Source: a virus (lineage: Duplodnaviria; Caudoviricetes). From it: 64,000 nucleotides of DNA. Made by a program: the position numbers and the translations under genes. The number at the start of each line of letters is the position of its first letter. The stretch's first letter is position 1. Below the pieces are notes generated by a model. The model ran no database searches. It saw nothing but the letters and a program-made list of their open reading frames with translations, and was not told the DNA's origin. Where the stretch lies: IMG/VR virus record IMGVR_UViG_3300029288_000066, positions 96,001 to 160,000 of that record; one strand, written 5' to 3'. Positions 47,966 to 57,264 of this stretch are shown here, piece after piece.

Positions 47966-48598
47966 TTACACTTTCTCAAATTGATTCTTATAATACTCTA
48001 TACAACTTTTTACATCTTCGGTCACATCCCTTTTGTCATCACTATAAATTCTACGCACATCAATTCCTGAAAACGAAAGTTTATAGTGAACATATTCTGG
48101 CGCATTTTGCTTATTTAATATCTTTTCCATAAATTCTTTTGTCATCCCTTCTCTTCTCATAATTCTTTCTTTTCTTATTTCCAAAGGAGCTTCAACAAAA
48201 ATAGCAAACTCAAAGATTTTATGGAATCTACTCTCTGTAAGAATAGCACTTTCCATCATAACAAATGGAAAATTTTCTTTATGTATTTTATCAGACTTCC
48301 AATCCAGAAATTCTTTTAAAACTGCTGGGTAGACAATATCCTCAATAAAATTTGCATTCTTTTTGTCTGAAAACAACATGTTTCCCAGACGCCTTCTATC
48401 CAACTCTCCATTGTTATAAATATCGCTTCCAAATAAATCACAAAAACTATCAACAACTTTTGAATCTTTGTTCATTATTTTCTTGGCACAATCATCCGTG
48501 TTAAAAACTGGAATCTCATTTTTTTCAAAAATTCTGGAAATAAAAGTCTTTCCACTTCCAACTCCACCCGTTATTGCAACCATTCTGTCAAAAATCAT
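47966..48598 (-). CDS. coaE: Dephospho-CoA kinase
   Basis: AITGGVGSGKT, DRRRLG, ESAIL. Confidence 0.88.
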   Translation of the reverse strand: MIFDRMVAITGGVGSGKTFISRIFEKNEIPVFNTDDCAKKIMNKDSKVVDSFCDLFGSDIYNNGELDRRRLGNMLFSDKKNANFIEDIVYPAVLKEFLDWKSDKIHKENFPFVMMESAILTESRFHKIFEFAIFVEAPLEIRKERIMRREGMTKEFMEKILNKQNAPEYVHYKLSFSGIDVRRIYSDDKRDVTEDVKSCIEYYKNQFEKV

Positions 48599-49479
48599 AT
48601 TTTAATCTCCTGCAGATTAAAACTACTTGGATAAATCTTCATATCTTTTGCATCCAGAAATTTTGACATGATTTCAGGCTCATACAGCGATATTTTTATG
48701 TTATGGCCACCTTTCAGCAGGTAAGGATAGAAATTGGCGCCAAATGCAATCTTATTCTGTTTCTCTGGCAATTTTTGAATGAGGTATTCCCAGTCAATAT
48801 CTTTTTGTTCTGCCCTTCCCTGATTTCCATAAGGCAATAAAACAAAATAATCAATCTTGTCTTTCCAAGAACCATAAATTTCTGCAAAGTAATCAATAGA
48901 TTCTTTGTCTGAAATGATAATGTGAAAATTTAGCCTTATACCTTGTTTACAATATAATCGTGCCGCACCTTCCCAATACCTTTTTAAATGCGGATGACAG
49001 CTAATTGCAACCCCACCACAATATTTCTTCGTAGCATTTAATATACGTGTTTGTTTATCGTTTACAAAAATTGTATCAATAAACATCCCATTTGTGGTAT
49101 AGTTCGGACAAATGTCAAATTCTTCTTTGAGCATTCTTAAGAGCTTAATAAAGTCTGGATGAGAAGTTGGCTCACCACCCCCTAATGCAACCTGAAAAGG
49201 CAAGCTTTCCTTCGGCATTGAGTTAAAAAAGGTGCGAATCTTTTCTACAACATTTTCATTGTGGGCACCTGGCTTGCTATCCATATAACAATATGGACAT
49301 TTTCCCTCACAATTCTCAGTGACTTTTACATCATAAAACTCAGGATACTTAAGTTCCGTGATTGGTTTTGAGGGGTTGATGGCAAATCTCAATGTTTTGC
49401 CACCACACCAGATTGCTCTGTAGTTAGCAGAATCCTCTCTCCTGGTTTTAATTCCAGGGACTTCCATTTCTTTATTCAT
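48595..49479 (-). CDS. Radical SAM protein
   Basis: CEGKCPYC, GGGEPT, TTNG. Confidence 0.9.
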   Translation of the reverse strand: MNKEMEVPGIKTRREDSANYRAIWCGGKTLRFAINPSKPITELKYPEFYDVKVTENCEGKCPYCYMDSKPGAHNENVVEKIRTFFNSMPKESLPFQVALGGGEPTSHPDFIKLLRMLKEEFDICPNYTTNGMFIDTIFVNDKQTRILNATKKYCGGVAISCHPHLKRYWEGAARLYCKQGIRLNFHIIISDKESIDYFAEIYGSWKDKIDYFVLLPYGNQGRAEQKDIDWEYLIQKLPEKQNKIAFGANFYPYLLKGGHNIKISLYEPEIMSKFLDAKDMKIYPSSFNLQEIKI

Positions 49480-49816
49480 CTTTATATTTAAGATTAAGCA
49501 CTGTAAAAAATTTCTCCATGATACCCATCAATATGTTATCATTTTGGTCTATCCGACAAACATACACTTGACTAAAATCAATATCTTCTGGCATGATATA
49601 ATCATCCTTACAACTAGAATCTTCCCAGCTGCTTATTGTTGTTTCATTACAATTACCAGCTTCTTTTTTAATGAATTCAAACATTTCTTTAAGAATTCCT
49701 TCTGCTTTCGAAGTGTCAACAATAAATAATTCTGTTGAACTGTTTGTAATCAAATCTACAACACTGTGTAGTTTGATGATGACTATGTTTTTCTTATCCA
49801 TCTCTTGTTGCCTCAT
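49472..49816 (-). CDS. ITNSS-motif protein 4
   Basis: HSVVDLITNSSTELF. Confidence 0.75.
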   Translation of the reverse strand: MRQQEMDKKNIVIIKLHSVVDLITNSSTELFIVDTSKAEGILKEMFEFIKKEAGNCNETTISSWEDSSCKDDYIMPEDIDFSQVYVCRIDQNDNILMGIMEKFFTVLNLKYKDE

Positions 49817-50270
49817 GGTTTGTTGAATAAAGATATTTTAAAAGTCTGTTTGCTAACTCTGAATACTTTTCATCTTTCGGAAGAAGTTCTAAAGCTGTTG
49901 GATAAGGATAATATTCATAATAACCCTCGCTTTCTTCCGCATTAATCATCCATTCCGGCTTCTCTATTTCTTTTTTAAGAACCTTGAGTTTGGTTTCATT
50001 TATAAAGGCGTCGCTATCCTCTACATCTTCTGGAAATCCAAATTTATTTTCTTCGTCATCTTCATCTTTATAATGATAATTTTTCTTTAAGAAAACATCA
50101 GCATAAAACAAATCATCAAAAGTTTTATCTTCAATACCGAAGATTTTTAACATTTCATTTACAAGCTGCTTTACCGCTTCAATACTTCCCTCACTGTACG
50201 TGAAGATAACTGTGCTCGAATTTGTAATCAAATCCACTGAGCTGTGCAAAATAACTTTAATTGGTTTCAT
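49794..50270 (-). CDS. ITNSS-motif protein 3
   Basis: HSSVDLITNSSTVIF. Confidence 0.75.
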   Translation of the reverse strand: MKPIKVILHSSVDLITNSSTVIFTYSEGSIEAVKQLVNEMLKIFGIEDKTFDDLFYADVFLKKNYHYKDEDDEENKFGFPEDVEDSDAFINETKLKVLKKEIEKPEWMINAEESEGYYEYYPYPTALELLPKDEKYSELANRLLKYLYSTNHEATRDG

Positions 50271-50295
50271 AGACTTATATTGGTTTTAGTTTTTT

Positions 50296-50613
50296 TTAAT
50301 CTGTATATTGTTTGTAAATTTCAAACTTTTCTTTTATTTTTTCTTTTATTGCCCTGCAAGGTTCATGATTAATTTCATAATCATACCAAATTCCATAAAC
50401 GCCCTCAATAGTATTTCCTTTTTCATCCTCCGCCTCATATACAGAAAAACTAACGGCATCACATCCGAACTCTTCCAATATCGCTGACAACGCAGAATAT
50501 AAAACATCTTTTCCCTTTGCCTTCACAGAGCAAAAAATTTCCGAGGAACTATTTGTGATTATATCAACAAACGAATGCGGCTTTACTTCAAATAATAATT
50601 TTCCTTTTTTCAT
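50296..50613 (-). CDS. ITNSS-motif protein 2
   Basis: HSFVDIITNSSSEIF. Confidence 0.75.
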   Translation of the reverse strand: MKKGKLLFEVKPHSFVDIITNSSSEIFCSVKAKGKDVLYSALSAILEEFGCDAVSFSVYEAEDEKGNTIEGVYGIWYDYEINHEPCRAIKEKIKEKFEIYKQYTD

Positions 50614-50820
50614 TTAATATAATTTTTTAAATTTCAAAAACTTCTTCAATCCAAAAGTGATATTGGTTTTTTGTATTTTCCTTGTTGTAAAATTTTCCGC
50701 TAAAGCCGCTTCCATCTTTGTATATCACTTCAATCTTATTGTCAAGTCATTAAGCATTACATAATTTTGAGAGAAAAACTCATCTATGTGCAATACGTGA
50801 AATATTTTCATAATACAATT

Positions 50821-51486
50821 TTATCCTAAATGATAATTGCTACCGCTTAATTGACTATTGATAATATCCCAGATGTCATAAGGGATAGAGTTGTCATCGC
50901 TTCCTGTTATTATAACACAGCCATCCAGCTGTTTGACAAGAGTGCTATTATAGTGATATTCCCATGGTTTTTTCCACCAATCTGGTTTTGTTTTTTTCTT
51001 CTCAATTTCTTTATATATTCTTTCTACTTCTTTTTGACGACTTTGATAGTCGTATTCCCCATCTTTACCAAAAGAAGCCTCTTGAATCCCGCCTTGAAAA
51101 ATGCTTCCATCAGAAATCAAACACGCACGAGAATCACCATATTCAATATAATGTATACGAAGATTTCTTAAAGAATCTGAGTCTTCATCATCACTAAACC
51201 AACCTTCAATAGTATGAAATTTATTGTTCCAATCTTTTTCCTTGCTTTTCTTTTCGCTTTCTTTCCACCTTCTGAATTCCTTGAGGCTGAAAATATATGG
51301 TTCTTCAAACACGTCCATAGAATAACTTCCATCAGTCATCATATTGTAACCGCTGATAATCTTTTGCAAGACTTCCTTTACCATTTCAATAGTTTTCTCT
51401 GTATTACAAACAAATAATTCAGTTGAACTATTGGTAATTTCTGAGACAAAAGAATGAATTTTAATAGTACTAAACATTTTTCCCAT
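50821..51486 (-). CDS. ITNSS-motif protein 1
   Basis: HSFVSEITNSSTELF. Confidence 0.75.
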   Translation of the reverse strand: MGKMFSTIKIHSFVSEITNSSTELFVCNTEKTIEMVKEVLQKIISGYNMMTDGSYSMDVFEEPYIFSLKEFRRWKESEKKSKEKDWNNKFHTIEGWFSDDEDSDSLRNLRIHYIEYGDSRACLISDGSIFQGGIQEASFGKDGEYDYQSRQKEVERIYKEIEKKKTKPDWWKKPWEYHYNSTLVKQLDGCVIITGSDDNSIPYDIWDIINSQLSGSNYHLG

Positions 51487-51600
51487 ATTTATTTTTTTAA
51501 TTATACGTAATTTTATTTTAAAAGTTATAAAATTATTTGTTTAGTTTTCCTAGAATTGTTTTTATTGCTCAAAAATTAAAAACATAATTTATCTGTTTTT

Positions 51601-51843
51601 TTAAACTCCAAAAAAATTATTCGACATTCTTCCTGTGGAAACTGCTCTACTAATAGTGCTTGGTGCTCTATTTACGCTTTTTGAACCTTCTTCAAACGTA
51701 GAAAAAGAACAAATGTAATTTCCATCCTTATCATATTTATATACTTCTGTAGAACCCTTTTCTTTTACCGTCCCAATGTTTTGTTCATTATTCCCAAACC
51801 TCCATTGATTTCCGTTTGCAACTTTTGCTTTTCTGTTACACAC
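51601..51843 (-). pseudogene. NUMOD1-like homing endonuclease remnant
   Basis: VYKYDKDGNYICSFST..E...TISRA; no nuclease domain. Confidence 0.5.
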
Positions 51844-51878
51844 ATTCGATATCGTTACATAATCAGTGTGTGTCTTTT

Positions 51879-52688
51879 CTATGTATTCAATAGCTTTTTA
51901 TTTTCTTTAAACCACTTTTTAATTTGCGCCAATTTTTCTTTCTGTTTTGGCATCTCTTCCGACAATTCGTCAATAGACATTTCTTTGTTGAGAATTCCCA
52001 TAATATAGATGGTCTTCATATCTCGCCAGGAAAACATATCACTGGTATGATATTTTTTTACATCTTCAGATTTTACAAGCTCCATAAGCTCATTGAAGGT
52101 GTATCTTTTCATACCAATTCCCCTATCTCTATTCCATTTTTCTACAGCTTCTTTAATAGACTGTTCCTCATCAAATATACAAATCACTTCATTATTAGAG
52201 GTTGTTTCATAATGAAAAGTCCTTATAACATCTTCTTCTCTCATTCCCTGAGTAGCATTCGAAGATATAAACTCTTTTATCTCAACGGTTTTAATTCCTT
52301 CCGATAACAATTTGCATATTTCTGGCAAATCTCTTTTCCGAAATGTTGATAAATAGTTTAAACACTCAGCTTCATGTTTGGTTCCCCTCGAAATCCTAAT
52401 GTTGGATGCAATGATTTTTGCTCTTGGACATTTTGGCAAAGGTCCAAAACATTTTTCAATCGTATAATCAGTACCCATCATAAGGCCCCAATAAACATAC
52501 TCGTCTCCAGATTTTATTTCTTCATCACTCACAAGCAGAACTTGCTGAGGATACCACTCATCAACATCAATACTATTCGGAGAAATACAAATGTCGTATT
52601 CACCATGTCGAAAATTTCCCTTAAACTGAAGGACATCGCCAGCTTCAATTTCTTTTTTTATTGGAAACGCTATAAGACTATATTCCAT
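51879..52688 (-). CDS. Hypothetical protein (paralog of 52741)
   Basis: Shared SDEEIKSGD/DDEPKDGD and KIIASN. Confidence 0.7.
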   Translation of the reverse strand: MEYSLIAFPIKKEIEAGDVLQFKGNFRHGEYDICISPNSIDVDEWYPQQVLLVSDEEIKSGDEYVYWGLMMGTDYTIEKCFGPLPKCPRAKIIASNIRISRGTKHEAECLNYLSTFRKRDLPEICKLLSEGIKTVEIKEFISSNATQGMREEDVIRTFHYETTSNNEVICIFDEEQSIKEAVEKWNRDRGIGMKRYTFNELMELVKSEDVKKYHTSDMFSWRDMKTIYIMGILNKEMSIDELSEEMPKQKEKLAQIKKWFKENKKLLNT

Positions 52689-52740
52689 TTTTTATGTATT
52701 TTTTCTTATACGAAAATAAATTTATTTTGTTATTCGTATG

Positions 52741-53451
52741 TTATTTTTCTTTTTTAAATTGTTCAAACCAATAGTTTTTTGCAGCATCAGACTTAGCGCC
52801 TTCAATAAAATCGTCAATCGTATTGTTAAAAATTTCATCATTACTATATGGTGCTGTTTCCACATCGTCTTCTAAATGTATAATACATGAATATTCCCTT
52901 GCAGCATCTTCAATTGATAAAGGGAATAAACTAGTACCTTTAAATTTTTCAAATCTTTTTCCCCTTTCATCTATTTCTTCTTTTGTCGGAAGTTTATCTT
53001 TTCGAAGCAACTCAAGAGAGGATGGGTCAATTGTCACATCTGGCAAAAATCCTTTCTTCTCACAATCTTTGCAAGCAGAAGAATAAGCGCTATCACAAGT
53101 TTCTACATCAACACACCATTTGTTAAAAAAACAATTTTCACATTTATGATTGTATCCATCTTTTTCGTAACAATCGAACATTTCACACCCTACTTCAATC
53201 TCATCAACAGGATTCAATGTCCATTCTTCTAAAAAATCTTTTGTAAATATTGGCAAGTTACCAAGCTTAATATTAGAAGCAATAATTTTTTTTCTATTTT
53301 CAGAAATATCAATAATGCCTTTTTGTTCCCCAACATAATTGGAAAATGTATTAATATACCAATCTCCATCTTTTGGCTCGTCATCACCAATAAGGATGAA
53401 CTGTAAAACATCTTTTTTACTAAGTGGTAGAACTATAATTTTATGTTTCAT
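52741..53451 (-). CDS. Hypothetical protein
   Basis: KIIASN motif. Confidence 0.7.
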   Translation of the reverse strand: MKHKIIVLPLSKKDVLQFILIGDDEPKDGDWYINTFSNYVGEQKGIIDISENRKKIIASNIKLGNLPIFTKDFLEEWTLNPVDEIEVGCEMFDCYEKDGYNHKCENCFFNKWCVDVETCDSAYSSACKDCEKKGFLPDVTIDPSSLELLRKDKLPTKEEIDERGKRFEKFKGTSLFPLSIEDAAREYSCIIHLEDDVETAPYSNDEIFNNTIDDFIEGAKSDAAKNYWFEQFKKEK

Positions 53452-54040
53452 ATGTTACAACAGTTACTCTTTTTTCTTTTCTTTGCACGTTCCTACAAAG
53501 ATATGTGGTTTTGTCAATCATGTTTTTATTGCTGTTGTACTTCCCAATTCTTGGGTTGTTTGAGCCCCAAAGAACATACATATATTCAAAACTGTAATAT
53601 TTATCACCCTTTTTAAAAACCAACCTGCAGTCATTGTGTTCATTTCCCTCATAAACGAGTTGATTGCTTATGACTTCGTATTCTTTATATTTAAAGGGGT
53701 TATCAAAATCCAATTCTTCACCTGCAATGCTAATTAACTTTAACAAGTCGTTATGTTTCATCCGCAAATCATCTGGTGATGCACAATTTCTCTTAACCCA
53801 TTCTTCACAATTTTCTTTGGATTCTCCCCAAACGCTAAACGCAGTTCTTCCATCTTTATTATAATCTTTGGGAGACCCTGTTTCAAATACAAGCTTTAAC
53901 CCGTGCGGATACATTATGTATTTGCCGCTGGGAGTGGTCACATAATATTTGTCATCACGTTCTTGTATTCTAACTTTGGATTGCAAATATGCAGCTGGAT
54001 TTATTGTAGTCCAACCGTTTTCAGATTTCTTAATCTTCAT
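53441..54040 (-). CDS. Hypothetical protein
   Basis: ORF track; likely start MKIKK. Confidence 0.65.
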   Translation of the reverse strand: MKIKKSENGWTTINPAAYLQSKVRIQERDDKYYVTTPSGKYIMYPHGLKLVFETGSPKDYNKDGRTAFSVWGESKENCEEWVKRNCASPDDLRMKHNDLLKLISIAGEELDFDNPFKYKEYEVISNQLVYEGNEHNDCRLVFKKGDKYYSFEYMYVLWGSNNPRIGKYNSNKNMIDKTTYLCRNVQRKEKRVTVVTYET

Positions 54041-54332
54041 AATTTGTTTTTTGTGCACCTCATTATACGAGAAAAAACAAATTATGTTACAACTAACGTT
54101 TTTTTGTTGGGAAATATTTTTCGTTGATTTTCTTCTGACATTCTTGCCAGGTTTCTCCTTCGAATTCTTCTACGAATTCATATCCAGCATTGTTTTCTTT
54201 GTCAAACTTACGTGTCTTGCTGTGTAAGAGAATTTGGCCGCTTTCTTTGTTTTTATACACCTGGACTATCATAAATATAAATAGTCTGGGAATGTGGAAA
54301 ATAATAAAAAAATGTGAAAATTTTGTGTAGTG

Positions 54333-54406
54333 TGGACCCAGGAGGAATTGAACCTCCGACCTTTTGATTATGAGTCAACTGCTCTGACCAACTGAGCTAT
54401 GGGTCC
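54333..54406 (-). tRNA. tRNA with CAT anticodon, probably Ile2 (lysidine)
   Basis: Loop CTCATAA; Ile-like body and Ile operon context; Met not excluded. Confidence 0.8.
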
Positions 54407-54412
54407 TTGGTG

Positions 54413-54486
54413 TTGTGAAGGTCGGGCTCGAACCGACATATCTCCTGCTTATAAGACAGGCGCCGTCACCATTTAGCTACTCCACA
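54413..54486 (-). tRNA. tRNA-Ile(TAT)
   Basis: CCTGT-CTTATAA-GCAGG. Confidence 0.87.
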
Positions 54487-54558
54487 GTTTGTGTTTCCCC
54501 AATGGCCTCTGGCTGTGGGGAAACTAACGTATTCGTATATGAATTTGTATCCGCATCA

Positions 54559-54819
54559 TTAAAACATTATTCTATTTTCTTCAATTTGATAATCTTCAAT
54601 TCTTTTATACCATCCACCTAAAATATCGCATCCTTCTGGTATCTTACTTAACACCCTTCTTGCCATGGGAAGAGCATAATCCTCCTCAATTTTGTACTCT
54701 CGTTCACTTTCAAACAACTTAAAAAGGTTTGGATTGCTCGCCCCACTTAAGCCCTTTAGAAGTCCACTATTTTCCCATGACCTAACTATATTTTCTCTCC
54801 GCTCTTGCAAGTTTTCCAT
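54559..54819 (-). CDS. Small protein resembling N-terminus of gp23-type major capsid protein
   Basis: SWENSGLLKGL...LFE...ALPMARRVLSK; own host-type promoter. Confidence 0.5.
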   Translation of the reverse strand: MENLQERRENIVRSWENSGLLKGLSGASNPNLFKLFESEREYKIEEDYALPMARRVLSKIPEGCDILGGWYKRIEDYQIEENRIMF

Positions 54820-54869
54820 AATTTTTTAATTCAAATATATGAAATTATATTTCAAATCTCAAGTTTTTG

Positions 54870-54942
54870 TCGGAATGGAGGGAGTTGAACCCACGACCTT
54901 TTGAATATCAGTCAAATGCTCTACCAACTGAGCTACATTCCG
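54870..54942 (-). tRNA. tRNA-Ile(GAT)
   Basis: TTTGA-CTGATAT-TCAAA. Confidence 0.9.
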
Positions 54943-54949
54943 TTATTTG

Positions 54950-55023
54950 TGGACAAGGTAGGATTTGAACCTACGACCCCGAAGTTATCAGCTTCGTCTT
55001 CTAACCAACTGAAATACATGTCC
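54950..55023 (-). tRNA. tRNA-Ile(GAT)
   Basis: CGAAG-CTGATAA-CTTCG. Confidence 0.9.
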
Positions 55024-55024
55024 G

Positions 55025-55981
55025 TTATAATTGTTTTCCTTTTTCGTATTGCTCCAATTCTTTTTTCCCAAGCATTATGTGATAATATCCTTCTGATAAT
55101 ACAGCTTTTTTCTTTGCTTCTAATTTATCTCTATCACGTTTTTGAAACCATTCTCCCTTCATTTCTATAACTAAATTTCTCTCTGGTAAATAAAAGTCTG
55201 TAACATGAATACTCTTTTCTCCTTCAAATTCATATTCTATTCTTAACGTTTCGTAGAAATACATTTCTTTTCTTTCATCCAAAACATCCATCATTCTTAG
55301 TTCATAAGAACTTCTGTAATAAACCTCCTTCCCATACCAAGTCGTGTGATATCCAGTTTGATATTTAGTATTTACATTTGGAATTGCTCTACCTTCAACA
55401 AACGCCAGTCTTAAAGACTTAGATGTTGTTCTTAAATTAATACCGTTCTTTTTAAAGAAAAAATGTGTTGTATTATACATTATCCCATATTCATTTCTTA
55501 TTTGAATCAGTGCTTTTTTATTTGTAAAATACTCTTTTGAAAGGAGTATTAAAGCATTTTGATTTGACACCTGTAAGTTTTTTTGTAAAACTCCCAATTT
55601 GTTAAACAGATTTTTGTATTGTATGAAAGAACTACATAAATTACAATATTTTTTTTTGTTTTCATTAGAAATTTCCACCCCACAGCTTAAACATATTTTT
55701 TTATCTCCTTTTTTTTCACACAAAGGTCTCGCAGATTTTCTACGATTTCTTTCTTCATCAGAAATATTACAATTATATCTTCCATTGTTTTTACCAGAAG
55801 TTTTTAATATTCTTTCAGTAGACTGTTTTCTTCCTCTTAATTTTTCAGACGCTCTTTCATAGGATTCTTCAGTTCTAAATTTTGATGAGTATGTTCTAGC
55901 GCACTCTCTTGAACAGAATTCTCCTGTGGAATACTTACTGTATTTTATAGCTTCTTTTTTATTACAACTTTTACATTTCAT
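55025..55981 (-). CDS. PD-(D/E)xK (TnsA-like) homing endonuclease
   Basis: YRSSYE, YE.LRI.Y, TDFYL...VIEMKG; N-terminal zinc finger. Confidence 0.8.
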   Translation of the reverse strand: MKCKSCNKKEAIKYSKYSTGEFCSRECARTYSSKFRTEESYERASEKLRGRKQSTERILKTSGKNNGRYNCNISDEERNRRKSARPLCEKKGDKKICLSCGVEISNENKKKYCNLCSSFIQYKNLFNKLGVLQKNLQVSNQNALILLSKEYFTNKKALIQIRNEYGIMYNTTHFFFKKNGINLRTTSKSLRLAFVEGRAIPNVNTKYQTGYHTTWYGKEVYYRSSYELRMMDVLDERKEMYFYETLRIEYEFEGEKSIHVTDFYLPERNLVIEMKGEWFQKRDRDKLEAKKKAVLSEGYYHIMLGKKELEQYEKGKQL

Positions 55982-56063
55982 AACAAACAAATTTACTATA
56001 AATATACAAAAAAATTCGAATATTCGATGCCAGATTAAAAATATTTCAAAGAACTTGTTTTTG

Positions 56064-56136
56064 TGACCCAGGCGGAGTATGATTCCGCAACCCCATCATT
56101 AAAAGTGATGTGCTCTACCAATTGAGCTACTGAGTC
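56064..56136 (-). tRNA. tRNA-Lys(TTT), aberrant T-loop
   Basis: CATCA-CTTTTAA-TGATG; T-loop ATCATAC. Confidence 0.85.
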
Positions 56137-56141
56137 TTTTG

Positions 56142-56214
56142 TGAACCAGGTGGGAGTCGAACCCACATCCTTCGATTTAAGAGACCGAAGCTCCACCAAT
56201 TAAGCTACTGGTTC
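56142..56214 (-). tRNA. tRNA-Lys(CTT)
   Basis: TCGGT-CTCTTAA-ATCGA. Confidence 0.9.
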
Positions 56215-56218
56215 ATTG

Positions 56219-56291
56219 TACTGCTGGAGGGACTCGAACCCTCAACCCACGGAGCAAAAATCCGTTGCTCTACCAATTAAGCTACAACAGC
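56219..56291 (-). tRNA. tRNA-Lys(TTT), G37/C38 variant
   Basis: ACGGA-TTTTTGC-TCCGT. Confidence 0.85.
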
Positions 56292-56301
56292 GAAATGTTT
56301 G

Positions 56302-56372
56302 TGCATTCAGTTGGAGTCGAACCAACCTCTGCGGGTTAAAAGCCCGTGGCGAAGCCGCTTTGCTATGAATGC
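56302..56372 (-). tRNA. tRNA-Lys(TTT)
   Basis: CGGG-CTTTTAA-CCCG. Confidence 0.85.
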
Positions 56373-56478
56373 ATTTTTACAAGTGAACTCACAACAATTT
56401 GCAGCTCACTAGTTACTGTTTTCGTTTACATTTAAATTTTTTCATTTTATTTTATCTTTTTTAATTTTTAACTCAAAT

Positions 56479-56514
56479 AAAAACCCCCCAACTCATTTCT
56501 GCGCTGGGGGGTTT
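56479..56514 (-). terminator. Attenuator terminator, Lys/Ile operon
   Basis: CCCCCCAGC...GTTGGGGGG + TTTTT; 5' arm complementary to GCTGGGAG in leader. Confidence 0.85.
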
Positions 56515-56534
56515 AAGGTTTTTGTTATTTACAA

Positions 56535-56618
56535 TTATGCAAAAATCTCCCAGCCACTAAGTTTTTTAATCTTAATGCTAATAGATTTCTTTATAATTAC
56601 AGTTAACAACATATTCAT
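56535..56618 (-). CDS. Attenuator leader peptide MNMLLTVIIKKSISIKIKKLSGWEIFA
   Basis: ATT ATA AAG AAA TCT ATT AGC ATT AAG ATT AAA AAA. Confidence 0.85.
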   Translation of the reverse strand: MNMLLTVIIKKSISIKIKKLSGWEIFA

Positions 56619-56701
56619 TTTATTTTAAATTGTCTGATTTTAATCAAACATAAATAGTTTCTTTTTTCCTTTATACGTATGAAACAAAAAAAGTTTCATT
56701 T

Positions 56702-57085
56702 TTATTCATTTATTTTTTTAAGTGCTTCAAAATATTGTTTCAATTCGTTTCGAAGAGTCATATATTCTTCATATTCTTCCAGCAGTTTTATTTTTGACTC
56801 TGCCAATGCTTTCAATTTAAAAGCTCTTGTTACAGGAGTATTGTCTTTTGCTTTTACATTTCCTTCTGCGTCAACATACAACTCTCTCCCGTCTACACAA
56901 AAATTGGTTTGAATATTGTATGTTCCTAATCCAGATAAAGAAGCACCAAGACTAATGCTTCCACTGCATATGGTACCAACCATGTTGTTTTCTTCTTCTT
57001 GCTTTGGAACAATGTCATATTCACTCTTAGAGAATTTCACAGACAATTCTATAAATCTCAAAACTTTTTCTATTTTCTTTTCCAT
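56702..57085 (-). CDS. Hypothetical protein
   Basis: ORF track. Confidence 0.65.
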   Translation of the reverse strand: MEKKIEKVLRFIELSVKFSKSEYDIVPKQEEENNMVGTICSGSISLGASLSGLGTYNIQTNFCVDGRELYVDAEGNVKAKDNTPVTRAFKLKALAESKIKLLEEYEEYMTLRNELKQYFEALKKINE

Positions 57086-57173
57086 AATATTTTTATTTAA
57101 TTTTATGAAAATATAAACAAAAAAATAATGAATATCAAATATTTTTTTTCACACTTAATCAAAGAACGTTTTG

Positions 57174-57258
57174 CTGCCGAAGGTGGATTCGAACCACATT
57201 TTAACCTGACCTATTTGTCCTGAGATGACCTTGCAAGGAAAACATCTCTGCTTCAACA
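57174..57258 (-). ncRNA. Atypical tRNA-like RNA (acceptor + T arm, non-canonical middle)
   Basis: TGTTGAAG/CTTCGGCA, GTGG-TTCGAAT-CCAC; GAGATG/CATCTC hairpin instead of D arm. Confidence 0.55.
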
Positions 57259-57264
57259 ATCTTG

